From: an uncultured Alphaproteobacteria bacterium
GTDB taxonomy: Bacteria > Pseudomonadota > Alphaproteobacteria > Rhizobiales > Kaistiaceae
Assembly: GCA_963843565.1 (NCBI GenBank)
Contig: CAWJKY010000002.1
Coordinates: 84,041 to 148,040, forward strand
DNA: 64,000 bases
Direction: 5' to 3'
The number at the start of each line of letters is the position of its first letter. Position 1 is the stretch's first letter. This document shows positions 14,673 through 24,361 of this stretch, piece after piece. Below the pieces are notes generated by a model. That model was not told the origin of the DNA. It searched no databases and saw only the letters and a program-made list of their open reading frames with translations. Made by a program: the position numbers and the translations under genes.

Positions 14673-15374
14673 ATGCGTTTGGCGTTGAAAGTTGCGGCGG
14701 CGGTCGCGCTGGTTCTCACCGGCGCAGCGCACGCGGCCGAACCGGTGAAGCGCATCGACATCTACGTCGAGCCCTACTACGCCGCCTCGCCCTCCCCCGA
14801 CCAGCCGCCGCGTGTCGCGGTTGGTGCGGCGTTCGAGACCCTGCTCGCCTCGACCAACCGCGACGACATCGTCGCGGCCCGCGACAAGGTTCTGGCCGAC
14901 CCCAGGCTGGTGACGCCGATGACCATGATGGTTCTGGCGATCCGCCTCTACGACATGGGGCTGCGCGACGACGCGGTCTTCTGGTTCTACGCCGCCAAGG
15001 ACCGCTACCGGACGCTCGCCGAGGTGCTCGATCTGAACGCGGGCGGCCTGCGCCAGGTGGAGGACACGATGCGCAGTTTCATGGCGCTGGCCGGGCCGGT
15101 GATCAACGGCTACGCCTTCTGCGACATCGCCAATCAGCAAGCCATCCGCGCCCGCGCCCTCGACTGGGTCGAGGCCAACCCCTATGGCGCGATTCAGATC
15201 GACAAGCTGCCGGCCGTGGTCGCCAACCGCGACGCCGGCATTGCCGCATCGGTCGCGCGCATCCGCATCGACGCCGCCAAGGAGACCGCCTACCTCGAGG
15301 ACGCCACCAACGTCGCAGCGTTCAAGGCGAAGCGCGCCGAGAACGAAATGGACGTGAGGTTCTGCTGGAAGTGA
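14673..15374 (+). CDS. Secreted hypothetical protein
   Basis: MRLALKVAAAVALVLTGAAHA signal peptide. Coding-like composition. No recognised motif. Confidence 0.6.
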   Translation: MRLALKVAAAVALVLTGAAHAAEPVKRIDIYVEPYYAASPSPDQPPRVAVGAAFETLLASTNRDDIVAARDKVLADPRLVTPMTMMVLAIRLYDMGLRDDAVFWFYAAKDRYRTLAEVLDLNAGGLRQVEDTMRSFMALAGPVINGYAFCDIANQQAIRARALDWVEANPYGAIQIDKLPAVVANRDAGIAASVARIRIDAAKETAYLEDATNVAAFKAKRAENEMDVRFCWK

Positions 15375-15387
15375 GGACGAGCGAGCC

Positions 15388-15873
15388 TCACCCGGCCGCG
15401 TGCGTGGCGCGCCGCAGCCGGTACTCGTGCCAGATCAGCCAGATGACGATGACGTCGAACACGGTCAGCGCCACCAGCCCCCACGAGAAGGCGAAGCTCA
15501 ACCGGTAGAGCTGATACGCGATGAAGGCGCCGAGCACCGCCAGCGACGCCGGATAGGCCCACGCCCGATTGCGCAGCAGCCCGACGACCAGGATGAGCTT
15601 CACCACGCCGTGGCTGATCAGGTAGTAGGCGGCGAACGTCTTGCCGCCGATGGAGAAGTGCTGGGCGGCGTTGAGCAGCGTGTTGGCGATCCAGTCGCGC
15701 GGGTCCTCCAAGAGTTCGTCGTGGACGAGCCAGTTGACCACGCCGACCAGCGTCTCGACGCTGGTGAAAAAGAGAACAATGCCCGAGACCAACTCGGCGA
15801 GCGCGTTCAGCCCCTTGAGGATGACGCCGATTTCGAACGCCTCATGGAGGCGTTTCTCGCTGACGACGGCCAC
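15388..15873 (-). CDS. DUF2127-like integral membrane protein
   Basis: Four hydrophobic segments. Pattern LHEAFEIGVILKGLNALAELVSG...YYLISHGVVKLILVVGLL...WAYP, recalled from the DUF2127 family. Confidence 0.65.
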   Translation of the reverse strand: MAVVSEKRLHEAFEIGVILKGLNALAELVSGIVLFFTSVETLVGVVNWLVHDELLEDPRDWIANTLLNAAQHFSIGGKTFAAYYLISHGVVKLILVVGLLRNRAWAYPASLAVLGAFIAYQLYRLSFAFSWGLVALTVFDVIVIWLIWHEYRLRRATHAAG

Positions 15874-15892
15874 GGCTGACGGCCGCCAGCGG

Positions 15893-16792
15893 CTAGCCGT
15901 TGGCGGCCATGGCGTGCGCCGCCGGCTGCACCGCGGCGCTGTAGTCTTCCATGAGCGTGCGGGCGATCTCGCCGACGGTGAACTTGTTGGGGCCGATCTC
16001 GGAGACCGGGGTCACTTCCGCCGCGGTTCCCGTCAGGAAGCACTGCTCAAAGGTCGCCAGTTCGTCCGGCATGATGGCGCGCTCGACCACCTCGTAGCCG
16101 CGCTTTTTGGCAAGCCCGATGACCGTGCGCCGCGTGATGCCGTCGAGGAAGCAGTCCGGCGTCGGCGTATGGATGACGCCGTCCTTGACGAAGAAGATGT
16201 TGGCGCCGGTCGCCTCGGCGACCCGGCCGCGCCAGTCGAGCATCATCGCGTCGGCGTAGCCCTTGCGCTCCGCCTCGTGCTTGGAGATCGTGCAGATCAT
16301 GTAGAGCCCGGTCGCCTTCGACTTCGACGGCGCCGTCATTGGGTCCGGCCGGCGATACTTGGCGATGTCGAGACGGATGCCCTTCAGTCGCTCCTCCGGC
16401 TTGAAGTAGGACGGCCACTCCCACACCGCGATGGACAGGTGAATGGTGTTCTGCTGGGCGGAGACGCCCATCATCTCGCTGCCCCGCCACGCAATCGGCC
16501 GGACGTAGGCGTCGGTGTGGCCCTGCTTGACCAGCAAGTCCTGCGAGACCTTGTTGATCTCCTCGACCGACCACGGAATCTCGAAGCCCAGGATCTCCGC
16601 GGACTGGTGCAGCCGGCGGGTGTGCTCGTCGAGATGGAAGATGACGCCGCCGTAGGCGCGCTCGCCCTCGAACACGCCGCTGCCATAGTGGAGGCCATGG
16701 GTGAGGACGTGGACCTTGGCGTCGGCCCACGGCACGTACTGGCCGTCCATCCAGATGACACCGGGACGATCATGATACGGTTGGGCAGCCAT
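15893..16792 (-). CDS. ilvE: Branched-chain amino acid aminotransferase
   Basis: MAAQPYHDRPGVIWMDGQYVPWADAKVHVLTHGLHYGSGVFEGERAY...FFVKDGVIHTPTPDCFLDGITR. ATG 16792 has a GGAGGAG RBS upstream. Confidence 0.92.
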   Translation of the reverse strand: MAAQPYHDRPGVIWMDGQYVPWADAKVHVLTHGLHYGSGVFEGERAYGGVIFHLDEHTRRLHQSAEILGFEIPWSVEEINKVSQDLLVKQGHTDAYVRPIAWRGSEMMGVSAQQNTIHLSIAVWEWPSYFKPEERLKGIRLDIAKYRRPDPMTAPSKSKATGLYMICTISKHEAERKGYADAMMLDWRGRVAEATGANIFFVKDGVIHTPTPDCFLDGITRRTVIGLAKKRGYEVVERAIMPDELATFEQCFLTGTAAEVTPVSEIGPNKFTVGEIARTLMEDYSAAVQPAAHAMAANG

Positions 16793-17016
16793 AGGACCAG
16801 TTCTCCTCCACACTTGCGACGCCGGGCGTTCGATGGTGCCCCTTGTTGTCGCCTCAAGCCAGCGCAGACGGCCTTTTGCGTCGCAATGCAATCGCCGATA
16901 ATGTGCCGCAGGCTTGCAGTTCCGTGGGATTCTGCGACCGGACGGCCCTTTCGGGTGCGTTCAATCGTTTCGCCGCATGCCCCGTTTCAGTAACAAACGA
17001 CCGAAAATATGTCAAC

Positions 17017-17553
17017 ATGGCTGACGTAAATTTCAAGGGCGGCGAACCGGCCGGGAATCGCGGCGGTGGCGGCGGCGCGCTGGCGACACCCCTGTCGATC
17101 GCCGAGCGACCCGAGATCGCCTACATCGAACTTCTCTTCTTTGCCTATCGCGACTTCATCTCCGACCCCGACGCAGCGCTGCTCAGCTACGGCTTCGGCC
17201 GCGCCCACCATCGCGTCGTTCATTTCGTCAACCGCCACCCCGGTATTCGCGTCGCCGACCTGCTCGACATCCTCAAGATCACCAAGCAGAGCCTCGGCCG
17301 CGTGCTGAAACAGCTCGTCGAGACCGGCTTCATCGAGCAGAAGCCCGGACCGGTCGACCGCCGCCAGCGCCTTCTCTACCCGACCGAGGCCGGCCGGGCG
17401 CTGGCGCTCCGCCTGATCGCGCTGCAGGCCCGCCGCGTCGGCGACGCGCTCGCCTCGCTGACCCCGGCCGAACGCGAGGGCGCCGAGAAGTTCCTGCGCC
17501 GCATGATCGATTCCGGCGAACGCGGCAAGGTCGCCGACCTGATCGAACGGTGA
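17017..17553 (+). CDS. MarR-family transcriptional regulator
   Basis: Winged-helix pattern ...RVADLLDILKITKQSLGRVLKQLVETGFIEQKPGPVDRRQRLLYPTEAG. Internal ATG 17017 is preferred. Confidence 0.8.
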   Translation: MADVNFKGGEPAGNRGGGGGALATPLSIAERPEIAYIELLFFAYRDFISDPDAALLSYGFGRAHHRVVHFVNRHPGIRVADLLDILKITKQSLGRVLKQLVETGFIEQKPGPVDRRQRLLYPTEAGRALALRLIALQARRVGDALASLTPAEREGAEKFLRRMIDSGERGKVADLIER

Positions 17554-17557
17554 GGTG

Positions 17558-18271
17558 ATGGCCGACCAGCCCGCCCCCCAGGTCCTCTCCGACGACGCCC
17601 CGCACCTGCTCATCATCGACGATGACAAGCGCATCCGCGTCCTGCTCTCGCGATATCTCGGCGACCACGGCTTCCGCGTCTCGATCGCGGCCGACTCGGC
17701 CGAAGCGCGCCAGCGCCTCGCCGGCCTCGCCTTCGACCTCCTGATTGTCGACGTGACCATGCCCGGCGAGGACGGCATCAGCCTGGTCAAGAGCCTGCGC
17801 GAGACGATGGCGGTGCCGGTGCTCATGCTGACGGCGCGCGCCGAGATCGAAAGCCGCATCGCCGGGCTGGAAGCCGGCGCCGACGACTACCTGCCGAAGC
17901 CGTTCGAGCCGCGCGAGCTGTTGCTGCGCATCAACAACATCCTGAAGCGCAGCAGCGGGCCGGAACGGCCGCTGATCGAGCAGATCACTTTCGGCCCCTT
18001 CACCTTCAACCGCGAGCGGCGCGAACTCAAGCGCGGCGGCGACCCGGTGCGGCTGACCGAGCGCGAGCGCCAGATCATGGCGATCTTCGCCGCCACCCCC
18101 GGCGAAACCGTGCCGCGCGACAAGCTGATCGTCGCCGAGGGGCCGAGCGGCGAGCGCACGGTCGACGTGCAGATCAACCGTTTGCGCCGCAAGATCGAGA
18201 ACGACCCGGGCAACCCGCTCTACCTGCAGACCGTGCGCGGCATCGGCTACCGCCTGGCGATCACGGTCTAG
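17558..18271 (+). CDS. OmpR-family two-component response regulator
   Basis: Receiver domain (LLIIDDD...DLLIVDVTMPGEDG...LMLTA) plus a winged-helix output domain (LTERERQIM...VDVQINRLRRKIE...LQTVRGIGYRL). Confidence 0.92.
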   Translation: MADQPAPQVLSDDAPHLLIIDDDKRIRVLLSRYLGDHGFRVSIAADSAEARQRLAGLAFDLLIVDVTMPGEDGISLVKSLRETMAVPVLMLTARAEIESRIAGLEAGADDYLPKPFEPRELLLRINNILKRSSGPERPLIEQITFGPFTFNRERRELKRGGDPVRLTERERQIMAIFAATPGETVPRDKLIVAEGPSGERTVDVQINRLRRKIENDPGNPLYLQTVRGIGYRLAITV

Positions 18272-18293
18272 GGCGAAGGAACAAGGCAGGGCG

Positions 18294-19709
18294 ATGGCCA
18301 CGACCATCGAGCGGAGCGAAAGCTCGAACGGCGCCGGCCCGGCACCGGCCGCCGCGGCGCGCCCGGGCCGCCTCCGCGCCGTATGGGACGGCTTCCTGCG
18401 GCGCCTTGCCGACGTGCTGCCCAAGGGGCTCTTCGCCCGCTCGATCCTCATCATCATCATGCCGGTGGTGCTGCTGCAGGCGCTGGTGGCGTTCGTGTTC
18501 ATGGAGCGCAACTGGGCGGCGGTCACCGAGCGGCTGTCGGCGGCCACCGTCGGCGACATCGCCGCATTGGTCGACATCATCGAGACCTACCCGCAGGACG
18601 CCAAGTTCGACGCCATCACCAAGCTCGCCGCCGACCGCTTCCGCCTCAACATCGCCGTCACGCCGCTCGAGCCCCTTCCCCCGGCGGGACCGAAGCCGTT
18701 CTTCTCGCCGCTCGACCGGGTGCTGTCCGAGGAGATCACCCGCCAGGTCGGCAAGCCGTTCTGGATCGACACGGTCGGGCGTTCCAACCTGGTCGAGATC
18801 CGCATCCAGTTGGAACACAACATCCTGCGCATCTTCGCCCCGCGCAGCCAGACCTACGCCTCCAACTCGCTGATCTTCGTGTCGTGGATGGTGGCGACCT
18901 CGGTGGTGTTGCTTGCCATCGCCATCGTCTTCCTGCGCAACCAGATCCGCCCGATCCTGAGATTGACCGCCGCCGTCGACGCCTTCGGCAAGGGCCGCAC
19001 CGTGGAAGCCTTCGAGCCGCGCGGCGCCCGCGAGGTGCGTCAGGCGACCACCGCCTTCCACGAGATGACCAAGCGCGTCGAGCGGCAGATCGAGCAGCGC
19101 ACGGCGATGCTCGCCGGCGTCAGCCACGACCTGAGGACGGTGCTGACCCGGCTGTCGCTGCAGCTGGCGCTGATCGAGCAGAGCGCCGACGTCGAGGAGA
19201 TGCAGGCCGACATCGAGGCCATGAACCGCATGCTGGAGGGCTATCTCGCCTTCGCGCGCGGCGACAGCGGCGAGGATTCGGTGCCCACCGACATCGCCGC
19301 GCTCATCGACGCCATCGGCCAGGAGGCGCGCCTGACCGGCGCCGAGGTCAACGTTTCCTTCGACGGCGAGCCAGAGGTCGAGGTGCGCCCGCAAAGCTTC
19401 AAGCGTTGCATCGACAACCTCGTGAACAACGCCGCCCGCCACGCCGACAACGTCGTGGTGCGCGGCACCCATGCCGGTGGCCTGCTCACCATCACGGTCG
19501 ATGACGACGGCCCGGGGATTCCCTTCGAGGAACGCGAGGCGGTGTTCAAGCCGTTCTACCGGCTGGCCGAGGCCCGCGACATCGACCAGAGCGGCACCGG
19601 GCTGGGGTTGCCGATCGCGCGCGACATCGCCCGCAATCACGGCGGCGACATCGCGCTTTCGGAAAGCCCGCTCGGCGGATTGCGGGTGACGGTGACGGTT
19701 CCGGCGTGA
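18294..19709 (+). CDS. EnvZ-like sensor histidine kinase
   Basis: Two TM segments, a HAMP-like region, H-box AGVSHDLRTVLTRL, and N/G boxes (NLVNNAARHA, DDDGPGIP, GTGLGLPIAR). Confidence 0.9.
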   Translation: MATTIERSESSNGAGPAPAAAARPGRLRAVWDGFLRRLADVLPKGLFARSILIIIMPVVLLQALVAFVFMERNWAAVTERLSAATVGDIAALVDIIETYPQDAKFDAITKLAADRFRLNIAVTPLEPLPPAGPKPFFSPLDRVLSEEITRQVGKPFWIDTVGRSNLVEIRIQLEHNILRIFAPRSQTYASNSLIFVSWMVATSVVLLAIAIVFLRNQIRPILRLTAAVDAFGKGRTVEAFEPRGAREVRQATTAFHEMTKRVERQIEQRTAMLAGVSHDLRTVLTRLSLQLALIEQSADVEEMQADIEAMNRMLEGYLAFARGDSGEDSVPTDIAALIDAIGQEARLTGAEVNVSFDGEPEVEVRPQSFKRCIDNLVNNAARHADNVVVRGTHAGGLLTITVDDDGPGIPFEEREAVFKPFYRLAEARDIDQSGTGLGLPIARDIARNHGGDIALSESPLGGLRVTVTVPA

Positions 19710-19721
19710 GGCCGGGGCGCG

Positions 19722-19928
19722 TCAGCCGCGCTGCCTCGCGGTGATTGCCGAAACGACCCGGGTGCGTTTCCAGGCGAACGGCGCAACCGCCACCGGCGGC
19801 GTGTAGGGCGTCACGATGGCGCCGGCGAACTGCGGCTCGTAGCCGCAAACGGCCGGCTGCGCTGGCTCGCTGTCTTCAGCCGGGAGGGCGACCGGGGCCC
19901 TGGCGCTGGCGTTGGAGCTGTCTGGCAT
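19722..19928 (-). CDS. Small hypothetical protein (weak)
   Basis: 68-codon ORF with a GGGGGA RBS-like string 6 nt upstream of the ATG. No motif. Confidence 0.3.
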   Translation of the reverse strand: MPDSSNASARAPVALPAEDSEPAQPAVCGYEPQFAGAIVTPYTPPVAVAPFAWKRTRVVSAITARQRG

Positions 19929-20001
19929 CGCGAATCCCCCGGGGTTCTGACAGGGGAAAATCGTGGACGCGCAGGGTTAACCGGAGACTAACGGGAGCCG
20001 C

Positions 20002-20358
20002 TCAGTAGAGGCGACCGCCGTTGGGCACGCCGGAAGTGGGCGTCAACAGCATCACCTCGCCGTCCGCGTCCGGGACGCCGAGAGTGAGCACCTCCGACAT
20101 CAACGGGCCGATCTGGCGCGGCGGAAAGTTGACCACCGCCACCACCTGGCGGCCAACCAGCTCGTCGAGGCGGTAGTTGCGGGTGATCTGCGCCGACGAC
20201 TTCTTCACGCCGATCGCCGGGCCGAAGTCGATGCGCAGCTTGTAGGCCGGCTTGCGCGCCTCCGGGAAAGCTTCGGCGGCGACGATCGTGCCGACGCGCA
20301 CGTCGACCTTGAGGAAGTCGTCAAAGGCGATGGGCGGCGTGGGTGCGGCGTCGGCCAT
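20002..20358 (-). CDS. csaA: tRNA-binding domain protein (CsaA-like)
   Basis: FDDFLKVDVRVGTIVAAEAFPEARKPAYKLRIDFG...GRQVVAVVNFPPRQIGPLMSEVLTLG shows the EMAP/CsaA OB-fold pattern. Confidence 0.85.
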   Translation of the reverse strand: MADAAPTPPIAFDDFLKVDVRVGTIVAAEAFPEARKPAYKLRIDFGPAIGVKKSSAQITRNYRLDELVGRQVVAVVNFPPRQIGPLMSEVLTLGVPDADGEVMLLTPTSGVPNGGRLY

Positions 20359-20496
20359 GGGAACTCCGGCAATGTCAGGCGCGCCCGGTAACATACGAGT
20401 CGCGCCTCCCGCAACGCGCCAGCAGTCTCAACAGAACTACCCCATTGGGTTATATGCCATCATGTTGTTCACGGTGGTGCGACCAGGAGATAGGTC

Positions 20497-20808
20497 ATGC
20501 CGGCAAGGAAGAAGAAGACCCTCGGCGACGAACTCATCCAGTCGATGGAGGAGGCGCTCGCCCACGCACGCGGCGAGAAGGTCGCCGCGCGGGTGACGAA
20601 AGTCGAGCGCCCCGAGGTTCAGGTGAAGCGCATTCGTCAGAAGGTCGGGCTGACCCAGAACGCCTTCGCGACGGTGCTCGGCGTCAGCGTTTCGGGCTTG
20701 AGGAAGTGGGAACAGGGACAGCGGGAGCCCCACGGAGCCGCGCTGACTCTCCTGCGCGTAATGGACCGCGAGCCCGAGGCCGTGATCCGCGCGATCAGGG
20801 TCGCCTGA
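20497..20808 (+). CDS. XRE-family HTH protein resembling HigA/MqsA-type antitoxins
   Basis: IRQKVGLTQNAFATVLGVSVSGLRKWEQGQREPHGAALTLLRVMDREPEAV, an HTH followed by the WEQG..P.G.A..LL signature. Confidence 0.75.
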   Translation: MPARKKKTLGDELIQSMEEALAHARGEKVAARVTKVERPEVQVKRIRQKVGLTQNAFATVLGVSVSGLRKWEQGQREPHGAALTLLRVMDREPEAVIRAIRVA

Positions 20809-20811
20809 ACT

Positions 20812-21372
20812 TCACAGCGGCGGGGCCTTGCGCCGCGGCAGCAGGAACAGCCCGAGGACCGCGCCGAGAAGCACCGGCGGCCCATGAATGTCGCGGGCCA
20901 CGACGAGGGCGACGGCGCCGGCCAGCACAACGACCGGCCCGACCTTTGCGAAGGCGGGAAGCGGCGCGCCGGGCAGCAGCGACCACGCGGCAACCGCGCC
21001 GAACTGGCCGGCAACCGCGACCGAGCACCCGGCGCCCGCCGGCTGCCAGGCGAGCGCGATCATCTGGCCGAAGAGGCCGGGCACGAGGAACAGGACGAAC
21101 CAGCGCCACGAGCCGAACTGGCCCTCGCCGACGATCCCCAGCACCACCACGCCGACGACGACGCTGGCAACCTGAACGACGCCGTCGTCGTAGGCGACGA
21201 GCGCCGTCACCACCCGCCACCATTCGTCCGGGCTGGCGGCAAGCCCGTCGCGGGCAAGCGCCGCATACCAGCCAGGGACGAGCGCCTGCGCCGCCGCGGC
21301 CGCCAGAACCACGACGACCAGGAAGACCGTGACAGGCGGGACGCGGGAGATGGACGGGGCGGCGGCCGCCAC
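20812..21372 (-). CDS. Rhomboid-family intramembrane protease-like protein (divergent motifs)
   Basis: Six hydrophobic segments. EWWRVVTA aligns with the rhomboid E-W-W-R-L-x-T motif, G-C-S-V-A-V-A-G with GxSGxxxG, and DIHGPPVLLGAVLG with AHxGGxxxG. The GTG start lies 5 nt after the proC stop. Confidence 0.55.
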   Translation of the reverse strand: MAAAAPSISRVPPVTVFLVVVVLAAAAAQALVPGWYAALARDGLAASPDEWWRVVTALVAYDDGVVQVASVVVGVVVLGIVGEGQFGSWRWFVLFLVPGLFGQMIALAWQPAGAGCSVAVAGQFGAVAAWSLLPGAPLPAFAKVGPVVVLAGAVALVVARDIHGPPVLLGAVLGLFLLPRRKAPPL

Positions 21373-21377
21373 CGGTC

Positions 21378-22214
21378 TCAGCCCGCCAGTTCGCGCGAGC
21401 GCTTGCGCGCCGCGGCGACGGCTTTCTTCATCAACGCGGTGAGACCGCCCTTGCCCATCAGGATCTTCAGGGCCGCGGCGGTGGTGCCTTTCGGCGAGGT
21501 GACGTTTTCGCGGAGCGTCCCGGCGGTGAGGTCGGAGCGATGCAGGAGTTCGCCGGCACCGACCACCGTGCCGCGCGCCAGCCGCTCCGCCGCCGCGGCA
21601 TCGAAGCCGACCGAGCGGGCGGCGGCAGCGAGCGCCTCGACGGTGTGGAAGACGTAGGCCGGGCCGGAGCCGGAAACCGCGGTCGCCGAATCGATCAGCC
21701 CCTCCCGGTCGACCCAGATGACATCGCCAACGGCAGAGAGCAGATCGGCGGCGAGCGCCTTGCCGGCGTCGCTGACCCTTCCGTTTGCAATGGCGACGGT
21801 GACGCCGCGGCCGACCTGCGCCGGCGTGTTGGGGATCGAGCGCACGATGGCAATGTCGCCTAGGCCGGCCTTCAGCGCCTTCAACGTGGTGCCGGCGGCG
21901 ATCGACAGCGCCAGCGTGTCGGCGCCAACGAGCGGGCGAAGCTTCGGCATGACGTCGGCGATGATCTGCGGCTTGACCGCCAGAACGATCAGCCGCGCGG
22001 TCACGCCGGGCGGCGGCGCGGCGACAACCTTGAGCCCCGCGTCGGCGAGCATCGCGACGCTGTCAGGGGCCGGCGCCGGGTCGATGACCACGACCGCCTT
22101 CGACTTCAGGCCGCCGGCGAGCCAGCCGGCGAGCAGCGCACTCCCCATCTTGCCGGCGCCGACCAGAACCAGCGGGGCACGGGGGGTGAAGGAAGAAGAA
22201 AGGGACATGATCAT
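21378..22214 (-). CDS. proC: Pyrroline-5-carboxylate reductase
   Basis: LVLVGAGKMGSALLAGW (Rossmann motif)...VRSIPNTPAQVGRG...SGSGPAYVF...VTSPKGTTAAAL. The start is uncertain (22244, 22214 or 22208). Confidence 0.9.
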   Translation of the reverse strand: MIMSLSSSFTPRAPLVLVGAGKMGSALLAGWLAGGLKSKAVVVIDPAPAPDSVAMLADAGLKVVAAPPPGVTARLIVLAVKPQIIADVMPKLRPLVGADTLALSIAAGTTLKALKAGLGDIAIVRSIPNTPAQVGRGVTVAIANGRVSDAGKALAADLLSAVGDVIWVDREGLIDSATAVSGSGPAYVFHTVEALAAAARSVGFDAAAAERLARGTVVGAGELLHRSDLTAGTLRENVTSPKGTTAAALKILMGKGGLTALMKKAVAAARKRSRELAG

Positions 22215-22416
22215 GTCGATAGCGCGCCCGGCTGCCGTTGTCATGCCCGCCCATCCGTCAGCCGCACATTCCCGCGAAAGCGGGAATCCAGGGCGTGACG
22301 AGGTGGCGCGGCGTTCCGGCGACCTCGTCCCTTTCTGCGCTCCCTGGGGCCCTGCATTCGCGGGGACGAGCGGAGGGTGGACCGATCAGTGCAGTGGAAA
22401 ATGCGTCGGAGCAGCC

Positions 22417-22917
22417 CTACGCCTGTCCGACCGTCTCGAAAAGGACGGTTTCGAGCGCCTCGGGGGCGGTCTTGCCGGCCCACACCACGAACTGGAACGC
22501 CTGGAAATAGCGTTCGCAGGCATCGACCGCGGAGGTCAGCAGCTTCTCGACCTGGGCGCTGGTCGGCTCGACCCCGCCCGACAACAGCAGCGCCTGGCGA
22601 TAGAGGATGACACCCTCTTTCTGCCAGAGATCGAAATGGCCGATCCACAGCTGCTCGTTGACGCCCGACAAGAGCCGCACCACCTCGAGCTTGCGCTGGT
22701 CCGGCACCTTGAGATCGAACGCGCAGGCGAGATGGACCGCCTCCTTGTCTTCCATCCACGAGAAGGAAACGTGGTAGTCGCACCACCCGCCGACGATCGC
22801 GATGTTGATCTCATCGTCGGTGGCGCGATCGAAGCTCCAGTCGTTCAGGGCGGCGATCTGCTCGATGACGTCGACCGGGTTCGACTGACGCTCCGGTTCG
22901 ATATTGATCAGGCGCAT
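22417..22917 (-). CDS. YbjN-domain protein
   Basis: MRLINIEPERQSNPVDVIEQIAALNDWSFDR...WCDYHVSFSWMEDKEAVHLACAFDLKVP. The pattern and the position next to proC are as recalled for alphaproteobacteria. Confidence 0.7.
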   Translation of the reverse strand: MRLINIEPERQSNPVDVIEQIAALNDWSFDRATDDEINIAIVGGWCDYHVSFSWMEDKEAVHLACAFDLKVPDQRKLEVVRLLSGVNEQLWIGHFDLWQKEGVILYRQALLLSGGVEPTSAQVEKLLTSAVDACERYFQAFQFVVWAGKTAPEALETVLFETVGQA

Positions 22918-23128
22918 GACCACTCGCGGCTGGAATGCTGATGACCCGGTCGCGACGCGACGGGCCCGACGTACACGGCCGAAGGGCAAGCACGCGAACA
23001 GCGCCCACAGCGAATCTCGTCTGCGATTCAGTATATAGCCGGCGAGTCAGCACCAAGCACAAATCGTTGTGGATCAAGTGATTCGTTCACAAGCGAAAAG
23101 CAATTCGAGAGTCGCTTCGCGCCGACGA

Positions 23129-23386
23129 TCACGACTTGGCGGCGAGCTTCGCTTCGAGCTCGGCGATCTTCGCCTTGAGCGCTTCGTTGTCGGTGCGCGC
23201 CTGCGACGCCATCTCCTTGACGACGTCGAACTCCTCGCGCTTGACGAGGTCGAGGTCGGCGACCATGCGCTCCATCTGCGTGCGCCACACCGTCTCCGCC
23301 TCGCGCTTCACGCCTTGCGCGACGCTCGCCGCATCGCCCATCAGCCGCGCCATCTCGTCGAACATGCGGTTGCTGGTCTGGGTCAT
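23129..23386 (-). CDS. ubiK: UbiK/BMFP-family accessory factor (coiled coil)
   Basis: MTQTSNRMFDEMARLMGDAASVAQGVKREAETVWRTQMERMVADLDLVKREEFDVVKEMA...LKAKIAELEAKL. Only the last 85 codons of track ORF 23129..24142 are credible. Confidence 0.75.
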   Translation of the reverse strand: MTQTSNRMFDEMARLMGDAASVAQGVKREAETVWRTQMERMVADLDLVKREEFDVVKEMASQARTDNEALKAKIAELEAKLAAKS

Positions 23387-23500
23387 GGGTCGGGTCTCCG
23401 GGACGGCGCAAAGCGGGTGTCGAGTACTATGGGGCCGCCGTGGCGCCCCTTCAAGGCGCCGGGCGCGCTTGACCGCACCCGCCCGCGGCGCACATAAGGC

Positions 23501-24361
23501 GTGGATTCTCAACGGGAGTTCCTGTTGCCACTCCTGGCGCTGCCCTTTCCGGCCATCGACCCGGTACTGATCCAGCTCGGGCCGTTCGCGATCCGCTGGT
23601 ATGCGATCGCCTACATCGCCGGCATCTTCGTCGCGTGGTGGTATGCGCGCCGTCTGGTCGCCAACCCGGCGCTTTGGGGCGCGCCCGGCGCGCCTTTGCA
23701 GCCGGGCGACCTCGACGATTTCGTCGTGTGGGCGGCGGTCGGCGTCGTGGCCGGCGGACGCACCGGCTACGTGCTCTTCTACGACCTGCCCCACTACCTC
23801 GCCCAGCCGGCTGACATCTTCCAGGTCTGGCACGGCGGCATGTCGTTTCACGGCGGCTTCCTCGGGGTGATGCTGGCGATGGGTCTGTTCGCGCGGAGCC
23901 GCGCCATCCCCTTCTGGTCGATGGTCGACACGATCGCGCCGGCGGTGCCCTTCGGCCTCTTCTTCGGGCGCCTCGCCAACTTCATCAACGGCGAGCTCTA
24001 CGGCCGCGTCACCGACGTGCCGTGGGCGATCGTGTTTCCCGGCGGCGGCGACCTGCCCCGCCACCCGAGCCAGCTCTACGAGGCGGCACTGGAAGGCGTC
24101 GTGCTGTTCCTGGTGATGCGCTTCGCCACACATCGCGCCCACAAGCTCGCCACGCGTGCCTTCGTCTCCGGCGTCTTCTGCACAGGCTACGGGCTGGCGC
24201 GCACCTTCGTGGAGTTCTTTCGCCAGCCCGACATCCAGATCGGCTACCTCGCCGGCGGATTGACCATGGGCATGCTGCTGTCGATCCCGATGATCCTGTT
24301 CGGCATCGGCCTGATGATCTGGGCGGCGCGCCGTCCGCTGGCCGAGACCCGCGGCGCGTGA
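23501..24361 (+). CDS. lgt: Prolipoprotein diacylglyceryl transferase
   Basis: [24 protein letters not shown]...[10 protein letters not shown]...[11 protein letters not shown]...[16 protein letters not shown]...RHPSQLYEA. Confidence 0.93.
   Translation: MDSQREFLLPLLALPFPAIDPVLIQLGPFAIRWYAIAYIAGIFVAWWYARRLVANPALWGAPGAPLQPGDLDDFVVWAAVGVVAGGRTGYVLFYDLPHYLAQPADIFQVWHGGMSFHGGFLGVMLAMGLFARSRAIPFWSMVDTIAPAVPFGLFFGRLANFINGELYGRVTDVPWAIVFPGGGDLPRHPSQLYEAALEGVVLFLVMRFATHRAHKLATRAFVSGVFCTGYGLARTFVEFFRQPDIQIGYLAGGLTMGMLLSIPMILFGIGLMIWAARRPLAETRGA

Noticed and set aside
20343-21657. Arg-rich plus-strand ORFs (20343-21332, 20884-21657) opposite the rhomboid-like gene and proC
   Set aside because: Extreme Arg/Pro/Gly composition typical of the wrong frame in GC-rich DNA. 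The minus-strand frames give membrane-protein and ProC motifs.
23387-24142. 5' extension of the UbiK ORF (track ORF 23129-24142, -) and other ORFs antisense to lgt
   Set aside because: The extension is antisense to lgt, which has clear family motifs. The UbiK-like sequence begins at Met 23386.
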